Sequence record: MW879344.1
DNA: 64,000 bases
Reading direction: 5' to 3' (one strand)
Under the pieces are notes generated by a model. It saw only the letters and a list, made by a program, of their open reading frames with translations. It was not told the DNA's origin and did not search any database. Shown piece after piece: positions 49,312 through 57,802 of the stretch. A program made the translations under genes and the position numbers. Numbering within the stretch: position 1 is the first letter of the stretch; each line of letters opens with the position of its first letter.

Positions 49312-49433
49312 GGCGAGTTAGCTCAGTTGGTAGAGCAGGAAAAAAACCGATTCTTGTATTGAATCGTACAGCAAACAATACTATTGCACTTTTAATGCCC
49401 TTGTCGGGGGTTCAATTCCCTCACTCGCCACCA
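49312..49433 (+). tRNA. tRNA-Lys(UUU) gene interrupted by 46-nt helix/ACAGCAA insert (49340-49385)
   Basis: removing the insert gives GG|GCA-CTTTTAA-TGCCC, a perfect 76-nt cloverleaf with ACCA. Confidence 0.85.
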
Positions 49434-49441
49434 AAACATCA

Positions 49442-49493
49442 AATATTCGAACCTATATGATAAATAAAAATAAATTATATAGGTTCGAATATT
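49442..49493 (+). promoter_or_regulatory. 17-bp inverted repeat enclosing late-promoter word and occluding HNH RBS
   Basis: AATATTCGAACCTATAT / ATATAGGTTCGAATATT, GATAAATA in loop, ATG at 49494. Confidence 0.75.
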
Positions 49494-50105
49494 ATGAATA
49501 TATGTTTACAATGTAATCAAGAAATTGATGATAAGAAAAAGTTTTGTAATAAATCTTGTGCGGCAAAGTACAATAATTCTCATAGAATATTGTCGGAAGA
49601 AACAAAATCTAAAATTTCTAAATCTTTAAAAGATCGAGAAGCTAAATTTATTGAAACTGAAAATGTTAAGGCTGGTAGACTTCGAGCAGGTGCAAAACGT
49701 AGTGAATATGCGATTGGAAAATTATTATCTGATGATTTTGAATCATTAAGTGTTATAAGAAAGAAAAAACGTGTAAAAATGGAACAAGATAATAAATGTT
49801 TAATATGTGATTTATCTGAATGGCGTGGTTCTTTATTAACATTGGAAGTAGATCATATAGATGGAAATAACATGAATAATAGTAGAGATAATTTAAGAGC
49901 TTTATGTCCTAATTGTCATTCACAAACTGAAACGTGGCGTGGGAAAAATAGTAAAAAAGTTATTTCAGATGAACTTTTAATTGAGATTATTTCAGTTTCT
50001 TCATCTATTGCAGAAGTTATTCGAAATACCAATATGTCTAAATCAAAAACTTCGTATAATAAAATCCGTGCTATTATGGAAATGAATAAACTATCATTTA
50101 ACTAA
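49494..50105 (+). CDS. HNH homing endonuclease
   Basis: CLQC..FCNKSC finger; LEVDHIDGNNMNN..DNLRALCPNCH. Confidence 0.9.
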   Translation: MNICLQCNQEIDDKKKFCNKSCAAKYNNSHRILSEETKSKISKSLKDREAKFIETENVKAGRLRAGAKRSEYAIGKLLSDDFESLSVIRKKKRVKMEQDNKCLICDLSEWRGSLLTLEVDHIDGNNMNNSRDNLRALCPNCHSQTETWRGKNSKKVISDELLIEIISVSSSIAEVIRNTNMSKSKTSYNKIRAIMEMNKLSFN

Positions 50106-50310
50106 GGTATAATTATGTTCCTTGATGAAATTAAATCTGTTCCATTCCCAAGCTATAAAGCTTTGGAAAAATCACGTAACGAATCGTCTAAGTCTGTTAA
50201 TCCAACAACTTATGATCGTTATGAAAAGTACCATTATCCTGCTGGTACAGAATTACGTTTAGCAAAAGCTATTGATTCTGTAATTGTAAAAATTAAAAAG
50301 GTAATTAACT

Positions 50311-50721
50311 ATGTCGGTTAAATTCACACCAGTAGTAACTACATTGAAAAATACACTTGTTGTTGAATTGGAATACGAGCATGGTGATGCAGATGCAACT
50401 ACCTTTGAATATGTAAATATTCCAGTACTTCCTGAACAAAAAGAAAGTATTGGTGTGTTACTTTCAATGATTGAGCACGGTCTTGAATGTCAAAATGCTG
50501 AACGTTATGATGAAGATAGTGATCCAGTATTTGAAGATGACACTGTTTCATTATTAGTAATGGACGGTGGCGAAATTAGCTTTACATATAATGGTATTAA
50601 TGTTAACATTGGCAATGTTGGTGATTGTACCGTTGATGGTCAATTTAATGCATCGGGCGGTATTAATGCGGTTTATTACTACGATGAAAATGCTATTAAA
50701 TACAGTGTAACTGAATATTAA
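50311..50721 (+). CDS. hypothetical protein
   Basis: ORF track. Confidence 0.6.
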   Translation: MSVKFTPVVTTLKNTLVVELEYEHGDADATTFEYVNIPVLPEQKESIGVLLSMIEHGLECQNAERYDEDSDPVFEDDTVSLLVMDGGEISFTYNGINVNIGNVGDCTVDGQFNASGGINAVYYYDENAIKYSVTEY

Positions 50722-50928
50722 AATTTGCGGGAACGCTTGACAAACTGCCAAAGACCCCGCTATAATAGAGGGGTTCTTTATGAAGCATTATTATGATGTA
50801 TTAGTGACGGTAGTTGTCTTATTCGGTCTTGCAACTTGTTTGTTTAAAAGTATAATTGTGGCATTTATTGGAATAGCAATATTCTTTTTAGGATGCCTTG
50901 TTGAATATCTTATCAATAGGAACAAAAC

Positions 50929-51270
50929 ATGAAACACTTCTTGGAAGTACTGTTCGTAGCAATTGCAATTTTGGCGGGTTTATTAGGTCACGTTGGTCTT
51001 GCGATTTGGGCAGGTATGTTTGGTGTGATTATGTGGTTTATTATCCCAAATCCAACGTACCAACCACAAGTTCCTGTAGTACCAAAAATTAATGGTATTG
51101 AAGTGGAATTTAAATATCGTTCAGATGAAGAAGGTAAAACGTTCACCATCGTTGTGCCAAATAATGGTGATGAAGAAATTGTTAATGTGGTTAAGTACAT
51201 TAACAATTTAACAGGTACAGAAACCTCGGCTGAACGTTTAGAGATTTTATCTACTAGGTACTTAATTTAA
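50929..51270 (+). CDS. membrane protein
   Basis: two N-terminal TM segments. Confidence 0.6.
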   Translation: MKHFLEVLFVAIAILAGLLGHVGLAIWAGMFGVIMWFIIPNPTYQPQVPVVPKINGIEVEFKYRSDEEGKTFTIVVPNNGDEEIVNVVKYINNLTGTETSAERLEILSTRYLI

Positions 51271-51314
51271 AAGTACTTTAATAGTGAAAGCCCTTATTAA
51301 AGGGCTTTTTAATT

Positions 51315-51400
51315 GGGGATATGGCGAAATTGGTAAGACGCACCACACTCAAAATGTGGCGGTTTAATCCGTGTCGGTTCGACTCCGACTATCCCCACCA
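51315..51400 (+). tRNA. tRNA-Leu(CAA)
   Basis: class II cloverleaf, CT-CAA-AA, ACCA. Confidence 0.95.
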
Positions 51401-51600
51401 AAAAAAAAAGATTGACAGTGCTACAAATTTTAAGTAAGATAGAGTCATTGAGTTCAGCAAGTTTAAAAAATCTTTAAAAAACTGCTTGACAAGTGATTAC
51501 AAATTCGATACTATGTATCACATCGACGGATGTAAAACGTATCTCTTGGTACTCAACGTTGAGTACTGTTTTAGAAAATAATATATAAGGGCTTTAAAAA

Positions 51601-51822
51601 ATGGCTAAGAACACTATTACTGATATTGGCGAAGTTGAACGTACTGTGAACTACATCAAGTTCCAGATCTCTCAAGCTGACGAACAGCTTGCTCCATTCG
51701 CTAACAGCGATAAGCCAAAGATCTGCTATGCACATCTGTTGGATTGGAAAAAACAGTTGCAGTCTGAACTGTATGAAATCCGTCAGGCTCAGCAGAAAGC
51801 ACGTCACAACACGCACAAGTAA
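51601..51822 (+). CDS. small early protein
   Basis: two sigma70 promoters upstream (about 51412, 51487). Confidence 0.65.
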   Translation: MAKNTITDIGEVERTVNYIKFQISQADEQLAPFANSDKPKICYAHLLDWKKQLQSELYEIRQAQQKARHNTHK

Positions 51823-51882
51823 TGAGCCATGCCGCTAACATCGTTAGCGGCGTCTTTTAAGTGATAAAAAGAGTATAAAAAT

Positions 51883-52125
51883 ATGAAAAGTGCAACTACT
51901 TTAAAGAACATGCATACTCGCATTGAGTTACTTAAATCACAACGTGATTTAGCATGGATTGAATGGCATAAGTTAAATGATTTGGAACAGCGTAACAAAG
52001 AGCAAGGTAAAGCATTGTCTCAAACTTTCGCCCTTATCACTAAACTGACATATGAAATTCGCGGTCTGCAAATCACCTTTGGTGAACTGAAAGAACAAGT
52101 CATCAAAGAAATCATTTTGTCTTAA
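51883..52125 (+). CDS. small coiled-coil protein
   Basis: ORF track. Confidence 0.55.
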   Translation: MKSATTLKNMHTRIELLKSQRDLAWIEWHKLNDLEQRNKEQGKALSQTFALITKLTYEIRGLQITFGELKEQVIKEIILS

Positions 52126-52141
52126 CTAAAATGGGGTTGTT

Positions 52142-52603
52142 ATGGGTGCAATTATTCTGTACAGTATTTTAGGTTTTCTCGGTGTATTCACTTTGTATAT
52201 GTTCGTTGTAACATCTGCAATGGGTACTGAACGTTTAAAAACTTCACAGTACTTTATGTCTTCATTAAGTTATAGTGAAGAAGCTACAGTAAAAATCAAT
52301 CTTTTGATTGATAAGTATCAAGCTGGCTTACTTAAAGCTAAGCTTAAATCAAATGTTATAGAATTCACCGAAATGGAAGGTAATGCACTGGCTGGTGAGA
52401 TTTATATTGCAAATAAGTACTTCTCGTATGGTCAGTTGTATCGTTATGGTGCAAATGGAAATACTAAGTGGCAATGCAATAAACCAGATTTAAAAACTTT
52501 CAAGCGTATTATTAAACTTGAAAAACAACTTGATATTACTGATGAAGTTCCAGTACAAAAAAGTACTAGTAAGTCATCAGAAGAACAGGTTATTCTGGAC
52601 TAA
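52142..52603 (+). CDS. membrane-anchored hypothetical protein
   Basis: N-terminal TM. Confidence 0.6.
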   Translation: MGAIILYSILGFLGVFTLYMFVVTSAMGTERLKTSQYFMSSLSYSEEATVKINLLIDKYQAGLLKAKLKSNVIEFTEMEGNALAGEIYIANKYFSYGQLYRYGANGNTKWQCNKPDLKTFKRIIKLEKQLDITDEVPVQKSTSKSSEEQVILD

Positions 52604-52639
52604 GGGCAGTAATGCCCTATTTTAATTGAGAGATTTAAT

Positions 52640-53323
52640 ATGAATATCATTGAACGAGCAAAACATATTGTTTCCGTTTCTGAATTTGAAAGTAATGTTA
52701 ATCCAATAGAAATGAAAAAGATTAAAGCAGTTTGTCCATACGATGAACAATATATTTTACGTATGGTGGTAAGTACCGATGGTTTGACCTATCACTTACC
52801 TATTGAATTACGATGGATGTATCCATTGTATATTGCAGCTTTAAAACATCAAACTGAAGTAATTGGGATAAAACATCCGTTTTGTTATATTACTGTTCGT
52901 CATGGTTTAGTTAAATCAATAACTGATGACGAATGGCACGTTGATGGATTCAGTACTAAAATTGTTCATGTACCTGAACAGAACTACATTTGGTCTAACA
53001 GTATTCCTACCGAATACACCAATGTTTCTGTTAAGTTCCCTGATGATTTTGATTCTAATATTCATAATGTGAATCATTACTTACAAAAGTTTGTCCATAA
53101 TGATGAAGTTCAGCAGTGTAAAGAAAATGTGTTGTATTGTTTAGACCCATATATCTTACATCGTCGTCCATCATCAAGTACTGGTGAAGTACGTACTTTT
53201 GTTCGTATCTCATTTGTTCCAATTGAAATCAATGATGTTAATAACACCCAAAATAAGTTATTACCACGTACTTATAACAACGATGGGGTTCAAGTACGAA
53301 ATAAATTGAGAACGTATGGCTAA
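52640..53323 (+). CDS. 2OG-Fe(II) oxygenase-like protein
   Basis: WHVDG...ILHRRP...RTFVRISF (HxD...H...R pattern). Confidence 0.6.
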   Translation: MNIIERAKHIVSVSEFESNVNPIEMKKIKAVCPYDEQYILRMVVSTDGLTYHLPIELRWMYPLYIAALKHQTEVIGIKHPFCYITVRHGLVKSITDDEWHVDGFSTKIVHVPEQNYIWSNSIPTEYTNVSVKFPDDFDSNIHNVNHYLQKFVHNDEVQQCKENVLYCLDPYILHRRPSSSTGEVRTFVRISFVPIEINDVNNTQNKLLPRTYNNDGVQVRNKLRTYG

Positions 53324-53729
53324 AATTATTTGTGGATTTCCTGGTATAGGTAAGAGTAGTATTAAAAATATCGGCAAAGTACTTGATTTGGATAGTTCTT
53401 TGTATACCAAGAATTCTTTATTTCCTGCTAATTATATTGTTGATATTGTATCTGCAATGGATGAATATGATTATATTTTGGTAAGTACGCATGACGTACT
53501 TAGAAAAGAATTACAATCAATGGGTATTAGTTATACTAATGTATATCCAGAGATTGATTTAGGTGAAGAATACCACGACCGTTATGTTCAACGCGGAAGT
53601 CCTGAAAGTTTTATTAATTTTATTGATGAAAATTGGGATGACTTCATATACGAATTGCAGTATGATGATTCTGAATATGTTGAACTGGAAAGCGGTCAAT
53701 TTCTTTCAGATATTATAGCAAATATTTGA
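53316..53729 (+). CDS. small P-loop kinase-like protein
   Basis: IICGFPGIGKSS..VLDLDSS. Confidence 0.65.
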   Translation: MAKIICGFPGIGKSSIKNIGKVLDLDSSLYTKNSLFPANYIVDIVSAMDEYDYILVSTHDVLRKELQSMGISYTNVYPEIDLGEEYHDRYVQRGSPESFINFIDENWDDFIYELQYDDSEYVELESGQFLSDIIANI

Positions 53730-53755
53730 AACGAAAGAAAAAATTGTGGTATAAT
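53727..53755 (+). promoter_or_regulatory. TGAAAC-N17-TATAAT promoter
   Basis: exact motif, precedes permuted tRNA-like RNA. Confidence 0.7.
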
Positions 53756-53772
53756 ATAGTACATAAGGCAAC

Positions 53773-53889
53773 GGAATCTTACAGCAAAAATACTAATTTT
53801 TGATGAAAACGAAACGACGAGGTTCGAATCCTCACCCACGAATTGCCTTATTATTAGTGGGAGCACGGTGCTGGATAAACAAAGATTCC
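53773..53889 (+). ncRNA. circularly permuted tRNA-like RNA (YrlA/Y-RNA-like) 1
   Basis: GGAATCT-T-ACAGCAA...T-arm GAGG-TTCGAAT-CCTC, CCCAC/GTGGG closed acceptor, AGCA-CGG-TGCT, AGATTCC. Confidence 0.75.
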
Positions 53890-53910
53890 AGAATTTAAGT
53901 TAGAAAATTA

Positions 53911-53939
53911 TGAAACAAATCAAAAATTTGTGGTATAAT
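53911..53939 (+). promoter_or_regulatory. TGAAAC-N17-TATAAT promoter
   Basis: exact motif. Confidence 0.7.
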
Positions 53940-53951
53940 ATAAGAAGTAAA

Positions 53952-54059
53952 GCGGGATGGTGATTGATGAAAGCTATTATTTGATTCTAGAAAATCATAA
54001 TAAGCGAGTAAGAGAACAGGGTTCTTAATATCACGAGGGTTCGATCCCCTGTCGCTGCA
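53952..54059 (+). ncRNA. aberrant tRNA-like RNA
   Basis: T-arm GAGGG-TTCGATC-CCCT and imperfect acceptor; two internal hairpins replace D/anticodon arms. Confidence 0.45.
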
Positions 54060-54072
54060 CAAAGCAACAAAC

Positions 54073-54190
54073 GAAATCTCACAGCAAACAAAACAATTTT
54101 TTTCCTTGCATAGAAAAACGGTGGGGTTCGATTCCCCAACATCCAAGTTGCTTTTAGGATGTGTCTGGAAGGCCGTATGACAAAGATTTC
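54073..54190 (+). ncRNA. circularly permuted tRNA-like RNA 2 (TTGCATA loop)
   Basis: GAAATCT-C-ACAGCAA, GGGG-TTCGATT-CCCC, CATCC/GGATG, AGATTTC. Confidence 0.75.
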
Positions 54191-54366
54191 AGTTCCTATC
54201 AACTAAAAAGGATAGCATATAATGAGTTCTGAAGAAAATTTAGAATTATTAAATAAAATAATGAATGCCATTGCAAATGGTAAGTTGAATGAAACAATGA
54301 CTGAACTTGGTTACGAAGTAACTAAGAGTACTGATAAAAGTACAGAATGGTCATTAAAACAATAAT

Positions 54367-54440
54367 GTTCTGTTAGACAAATTGGTAAAGTCACCACCCT
54401 TTCAAGGTGGGGTTTACGGGTTCGACCCCCGTACAGAACG
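54367..54440 (+). tRNA. tRNA-Glu(UUC)
   Basis: cloverleaf, CT-TTC-AA. Confidence 0.9.
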
Positions 54441-54444
54441 CTAA

Positions 54445-54556
54445 AGGATTCGCACAGCAACAATAAAATCTTAAAATTCAATTGGTGAAAACAACCTTGC
54501 AGTTCGATTCTGCTTCCACAATGCGTGGATCTGGTCGATAGAAAAAACCGAATCCT
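54445..54556 (+). ncRNA. circularly permuted tRNA-like RNA 3
   Basis: AGGATTCG-C-ACAGCAA, GCAG-TTCGATT-CTGC, TCCAC/GTGGA, CGAATCCT. Confidence 0.72.
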
Positions 54557-54594
54557 GATTTTAATTAAGAAGTACTAAAGAATTTGATACACAC

Positions 54595-54747
54595 GGATTT
54601 ATACAGCAAACATAATCCTAAAATAAAACATACGATAATGTTACTAACTCGGAATTCGTTCCCTTCGTTAGTACTTGGCAACTTGGGTACTTAAATAAGT
54701 TGTATCACCTCACGTGTATCGGATTAGAGGTGATTATAAATAAATCC
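54595..54747 (+). ncRNA. derived member of the ACAGCAA family (permuted type) 4
   Basis: GGATTTA-T-ACAGCAA ... TAAATCC; AACAT/ATGTT, ACTAAC/GTTAGT, ATCACCTC/GAGGTGAT helices. Confidence 0.6.
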
Positions 54748-54783
54748 AGTAACACAAAAGTACCTTGAACGGTACTTTTTTAT

Positions 54784-54876
54784 GGTAGGTTGGCAGAGTT
54801 TGGCTTATTGCACTTGTCTTGAAAACAAGCGGGGGTTAACAGCCCTCCGAGGGTTCAAATCCCTCACCTACCTCCA
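54784..54876 (+). tRNA. tRNA-Ser(UGA)
   Basis: class II cloverleaf, CT-TGA-AA, CCA. Confidence 0.95.
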
Positions 54877-54887
54877 ATACAATAAAG

Positions 54888-55205
54888 GTGAACATGATGG
54901 ATTCAGTTGGTTTAATCGTTGTGTTTTTAGAACAACGTGTTCGTGGTTCTAATGAAATGCATTATGTAGTACAAGTTACTGAAGAAGGAACTTGTGACGT
55001 TCATGTTACTGACTCATGGAGTTTTAAGTCATGGGAAGATTTAAAAGAAACGCATCCTACTTTCAAAAGTTTGTTATATGAATTTTTTAATTCTTGCAAT
55101 TGGGCACCTTATGTAAACGAAAAAGAAATTTGGGCTGATGAAGTAATCGGCGGCGAAGGTCTTTATGATGATGATGATTCACATGTATTAAGTACTGATT
55201 TGTAA
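54888..55205 (+). CDS. hypothetical protein
   Basis: ORF track. Confidence 0.55.
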   Translation: MNMMDSVGLIVVFLEQRVRGSNEMHYVVQVTEEGTCDVHVTDSWSFKSWEDLKETHPTFKSLLYEFFNSCNWAPYVNEKEIWADEVIGGEGLYDDDDSHVLSTDL

Positions 55206-55213
55206 AGTTCAAT

Positions 55214-55288
55214 GGGGTACGTAGCTCAGTCTGGTAGAGCAGCCATGCGAAAACGGTGTGTCGGTGGTTCGAATCCACTCGCTCCCCA
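55214..55288 (+). tRNA. degenerate tRNA (Phe GAA-like, probable pseudo-tRNA)
   Basis: good D and T arms, mismatched acceptor and anticodon stems. Confidence 0.5.
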
Positions 55289-55292
55289 CTAA

Positions 55293-55349
55293 GGAATCTA
55301 GCAGCAACCATAACCCAATCAAACTTTTAATTTGACAATTATGGATTCC
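55293..55349 (+). ncRNA. mini ACAGCAA-family RNA carrying only a Lys(UUU) anticodon stem-loop
   Basis: GGAATCT-A-GCAGCAA ... TCAAA-CTTTTAA-TTTGA ... GGATTCC. Confidence 0.8.
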
Positions 55350-55527
55350 CGTTATTTTTAAGGATGTGATATGTCTAAAGAACAAGATGAATTTGAAAAA
55401 GAATATCTTATAAGTAAGCGTATTGATCCAAAAGCAACATTTTATATAAAATCTCGTAGAAAGAAAAATGGTTATAGAACTCGTGAATTGAATAATAAAT
55501 TTCAAGAATTTCTTAAACGATTTAAAG

Positions 55528-55619
55528 GGTAAAGTGGCAGAGCGGCTGAATGCAACCGCTTGGAAAGCGGTCAGGTTAGGTAATCCCTAGCCTCGTAGGT
55601 TCAAATCCTATCTTTACCG
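55528..55619 (+). tRNA. tRNA-Ser(GGA)
   Basis: class II cloverleaf, TT-GGA-AA. Confidence 0.93.
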
Positions 55620-55671
55620 CAAAGTAATAACTCCTTATTAAAGTGAAGTACAAAAACAATAGGAGAATATT

Positions 55672-56028
55672 ATGTACGAGAAAGATGATGGTCCATTAAC
55701 TGATGAACAAATTCGTATCATCCGTGAAATGAATAGCCATCTGAATCAAACTGATTTAGAAATTGATTTAAATTGGTTGAACAGTGATATACAAGGAAAT
55801 GCAATGTATTACGACTATTATTACAAAGTTGACGGTGATCTTCGTCGTTATACCAGTAATCAAGAGTTAACGGATGCGGAAATCAATAATATTTTTGGTG
55901 CAAGCAAACAAGTAGTAATGCTTACTCCAATTGTATTTGAACGTGACGTAACTACTGAAGACAAATCTGGTAAAAAGATTAAAAGTACTGAAAAAGTACA
56001 TGTTGGCTTCTTAGGATATGTGGAATAA
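55672..56028 (+). CDS. hypothetical protein
   Basis: AGGAG RBS. Confidence 0.55.
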   Translation: MYEKDDGPLTDEQIRIIREMNSHLNQTDLEIDLNWLNSDIQGNAMYYDYYYKVDGDLRRYTSNQELTDAEINNIFGASKQVVMLTPIVFERDVTTEDKSGKKIKSTEKVHVGFLGYVE

Positions 56029-56030
56029 AA

Positions 56031-56717
56031 ATGTCAAAAAAGACTGATAAAGAAGTAAAAGATACAAAAGAAAAGTACACTGTTGTTAAACACGGTTCAC
56101 TAACACTAGTGAATACACCAACAGTAAAAACTTTCTATATGAATGGTTCTATTGATCATCCTACATTAACTAAGTTCCAAAAGTTCTTAGAAGATACATG
56201 TACGGAAAATAATAAAATTGATACCGAAGAAACTGAACGCAAAGAAAAGGATGAATTTAAAAAGATTCATGATCCTGAATCTAAGCCAGAGTTTGTTCCT
56301 GCTAAACGTAAAGTTGAGCGTATCAATCTGGTTATCAATAGTGGTGGTGGTTTAGTTGCAGTAATGCTAGAAGTTGTAGCACTAATGAAAACTTCACCAA
56401 TTCCAATTGATACCTACTGTTTTGGTTCTGCAATGAGTGCAGCTTTCTTTATCTTCTTACATGGCAAACGCCGTTTTGTTGGTGAAGGTGCCTCATTTAT
56501 GACACATAGCATTGGTGCTATGGCATGGGATAATGTACCAAACATGACAATTCGTATGGAGTACTTGGTTAAACAAAACGAGTACGCACAACAGGAAATT
56601 GCTAAACGTACTGGAATTCCTCTTGAAAAATTAAAAGAGAAAGAACATCTCGATTGGTACTTGACTGCTGAAGAAGCGTTAGATGTTAAAATCGGTGAAT
56701 ATTTGATCCGAGATTAA
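56031..56717 (+). CDS. clpP: ClpP-like protease
   Basis: INSGGG, GSAMSAA (catalytic Ser), FMTHS, DWYLTAEEAL. Confidence 0.8.
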   Translation: MSKKTDKEVKDTKEKYTVVKHGSLTLVNTPTVKTFYMNGSIDHPTLTKFQKFLEDTCTENNKIDTEETERKEKDEFKKIHDPESKPEFVPAKRKVERINLVINSGGGLVAVMLEVVALMKTSPIPIDTYCFGSAMSAAFFIFLHGKRRFVGEGASFMTHSIGAMAWDNVPNMTIRMEYLVKQNEYAQQEIAKRTGIPLEKLKEKEHLDWYLTAEEALDVKIGEYLIRD

Positions 56718-56757
56718 ATATAAATTCTGGATTCGAAAGAATCCTTTTTTAAGTGAG

Positions 56758-56988
56758 ATGATTATGGACAATCAACACAAACATATTAAAGGGTATCGTG
56801 ACCTTTCACAAAAAGAAGTGGATGCGATGAATGAGATTAAACAACTGGCTGCCATCGTTGGAGAGTTGATAGAAAAACTTGAAAGTACTGAATCAGTAGA
56901 TAAACGTTGGCTTGCAATTGCAAAGACGGATTTACAAAAAGGATTCATGTCAGCAGTACGAAGTGTGGCTAAACCAGATTCCTTCTAA
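56758..56988 (+). CDS. acb2: Acb2-family cyclic-nucleotide sponge (anti-CBASS)
   Basis: MDNQHKHIKGYRDLSQKEVDAMNEIK...RWLAIAKTDLQKGFMSAVRSVAKPDSF matches the Acb2 pattern. Confidence 0.85.
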   Translation: MIMDNQHKHIKGYRDLSQKEVDAMNEIKQLAAIVGELIEKLESTESVDKRWLAIAKTDLQKGFMSAVRSVAKPDSF

Positions 56989-56997
56989 GGAACAAAG

Positions 56998-57378
56998 ATG
57001 TATACAACGGTTAATCATGCTGATATAATTGATGATATTATAACTGAAATACTTGAAATTTATACATGTCGAGTTGAAATTTATAAAGATGGTCATTTAT
57101 TCACTCAGTACGGGTATAATACTAAACATAATGTGAATTATCATATAAATGTAAAGTACTATAATGATAATCCAAGTAATGGTGATAAAGCGAATAGCTT
57201 AATGGTAGAATTTAAATTTACCAATAGAGTTCCGAAGGGACTGAAAAATCATTACAAGTTATCTATACCTGAAATAACAAGTCTTACAGAAGAACGGCAT
57301 TTTCAATTAATGTTTGTCACTGATGATATGTATTTGGATTATGAAGTTATAAATAAATTACGTACACATATTGTGTAA
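56998..57378 (+). CDS. TEExxFQ-motif family protein
   Basis: LTEERHFQLM. Confidence 0.6.
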   Translation: MYTTVNHADIIDDIITEILEIYTCRVEIYKDGHLFTQYGYNTKHNVNYHINVKYYNDNPSNGDKANSLMVEFKFTNRVPKGLKNHYKLSIPEITSLTEERHFQLMFVTDDMYLDYEVINKLRTHIV

Positions 57379-57389
57379 AAAAAAAGTTT

Positions 57390-57443
57390 TAGAATCTAAC
57401 AGCAATCAAAACTCATTGGATATATGAAAAAAGATAGATTCTA
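57390..57443 (+). ncRNA. mini ACAGCAA-family RNA (TCAT-TGGATAT-ATGA hairpin)
   Basis: TAGAATCT-A-ACAGCAA ... AGATTCTA; abuts tRNA-Ile. Confidence 0.75.
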
Positions 57444-57449
57444 GTATTT

Positions 57450-57522
57450 GGGAATATAATTCAGTTGGTAGAATGCTCGACCGATAATCGAGTCGCCGCT
57501 GGTTCGAGTCCAGCTATTCCCA
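57450..57522 (+). tRNA. tRNA-Ile(GAU), C at position 33
   Basis: cloverleaf, CTCGA-CC-GAT-AA-TCGAG. Confidence 0.85.
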
Positions 57523-57621
57523 CGAAGTAGTTCAGTACTGAAAAATGTACAGTGAAATTATTCAACACTATAGGTAGCACTTTGAATGAATCAGTAAGCC
57601 TATAAGTAACTACAATAAATT

Positions 57622-57750
57622 TGGAATTCAACAGCAATTCACTTACTAAAAACAGCTACCTCACGGTTTGTAGGTTCAAGTCCTACCTTGTACTTTCGAG
57701 TACATGTGGTGAAAATGGTAAACACGGCTGTCCAAAAGAAATGAATTCCA
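57622..57750 (+). ncRNA. circularly permuted tRNA-like RNA 5 (Leu-type D arm, long variable arm)
   Basis: TGGAATTCA-ACAGCAA, ACAGC/GCTGT, GTAGG-TTCAAGT-CCTAC, TGTACT-TTCG-AGTACA, TGAATTCCA. Confidence 0.8.
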
Positions 57751-57802
57751 GTATTAATTAAGACATAAATATTCTTATACACTTTTTTGTAAGGATATAA
57801 TT

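Noticed and set aside
47692-49385. tRNA inserts as group I or archaeal BHB introns
   Set aside because: 43-51 nt is far too short for a group I core, there is no bulge-helix-bulge, and the junctions (28/29, 31/32) are not the usual 33/34 or 37/38 sites.
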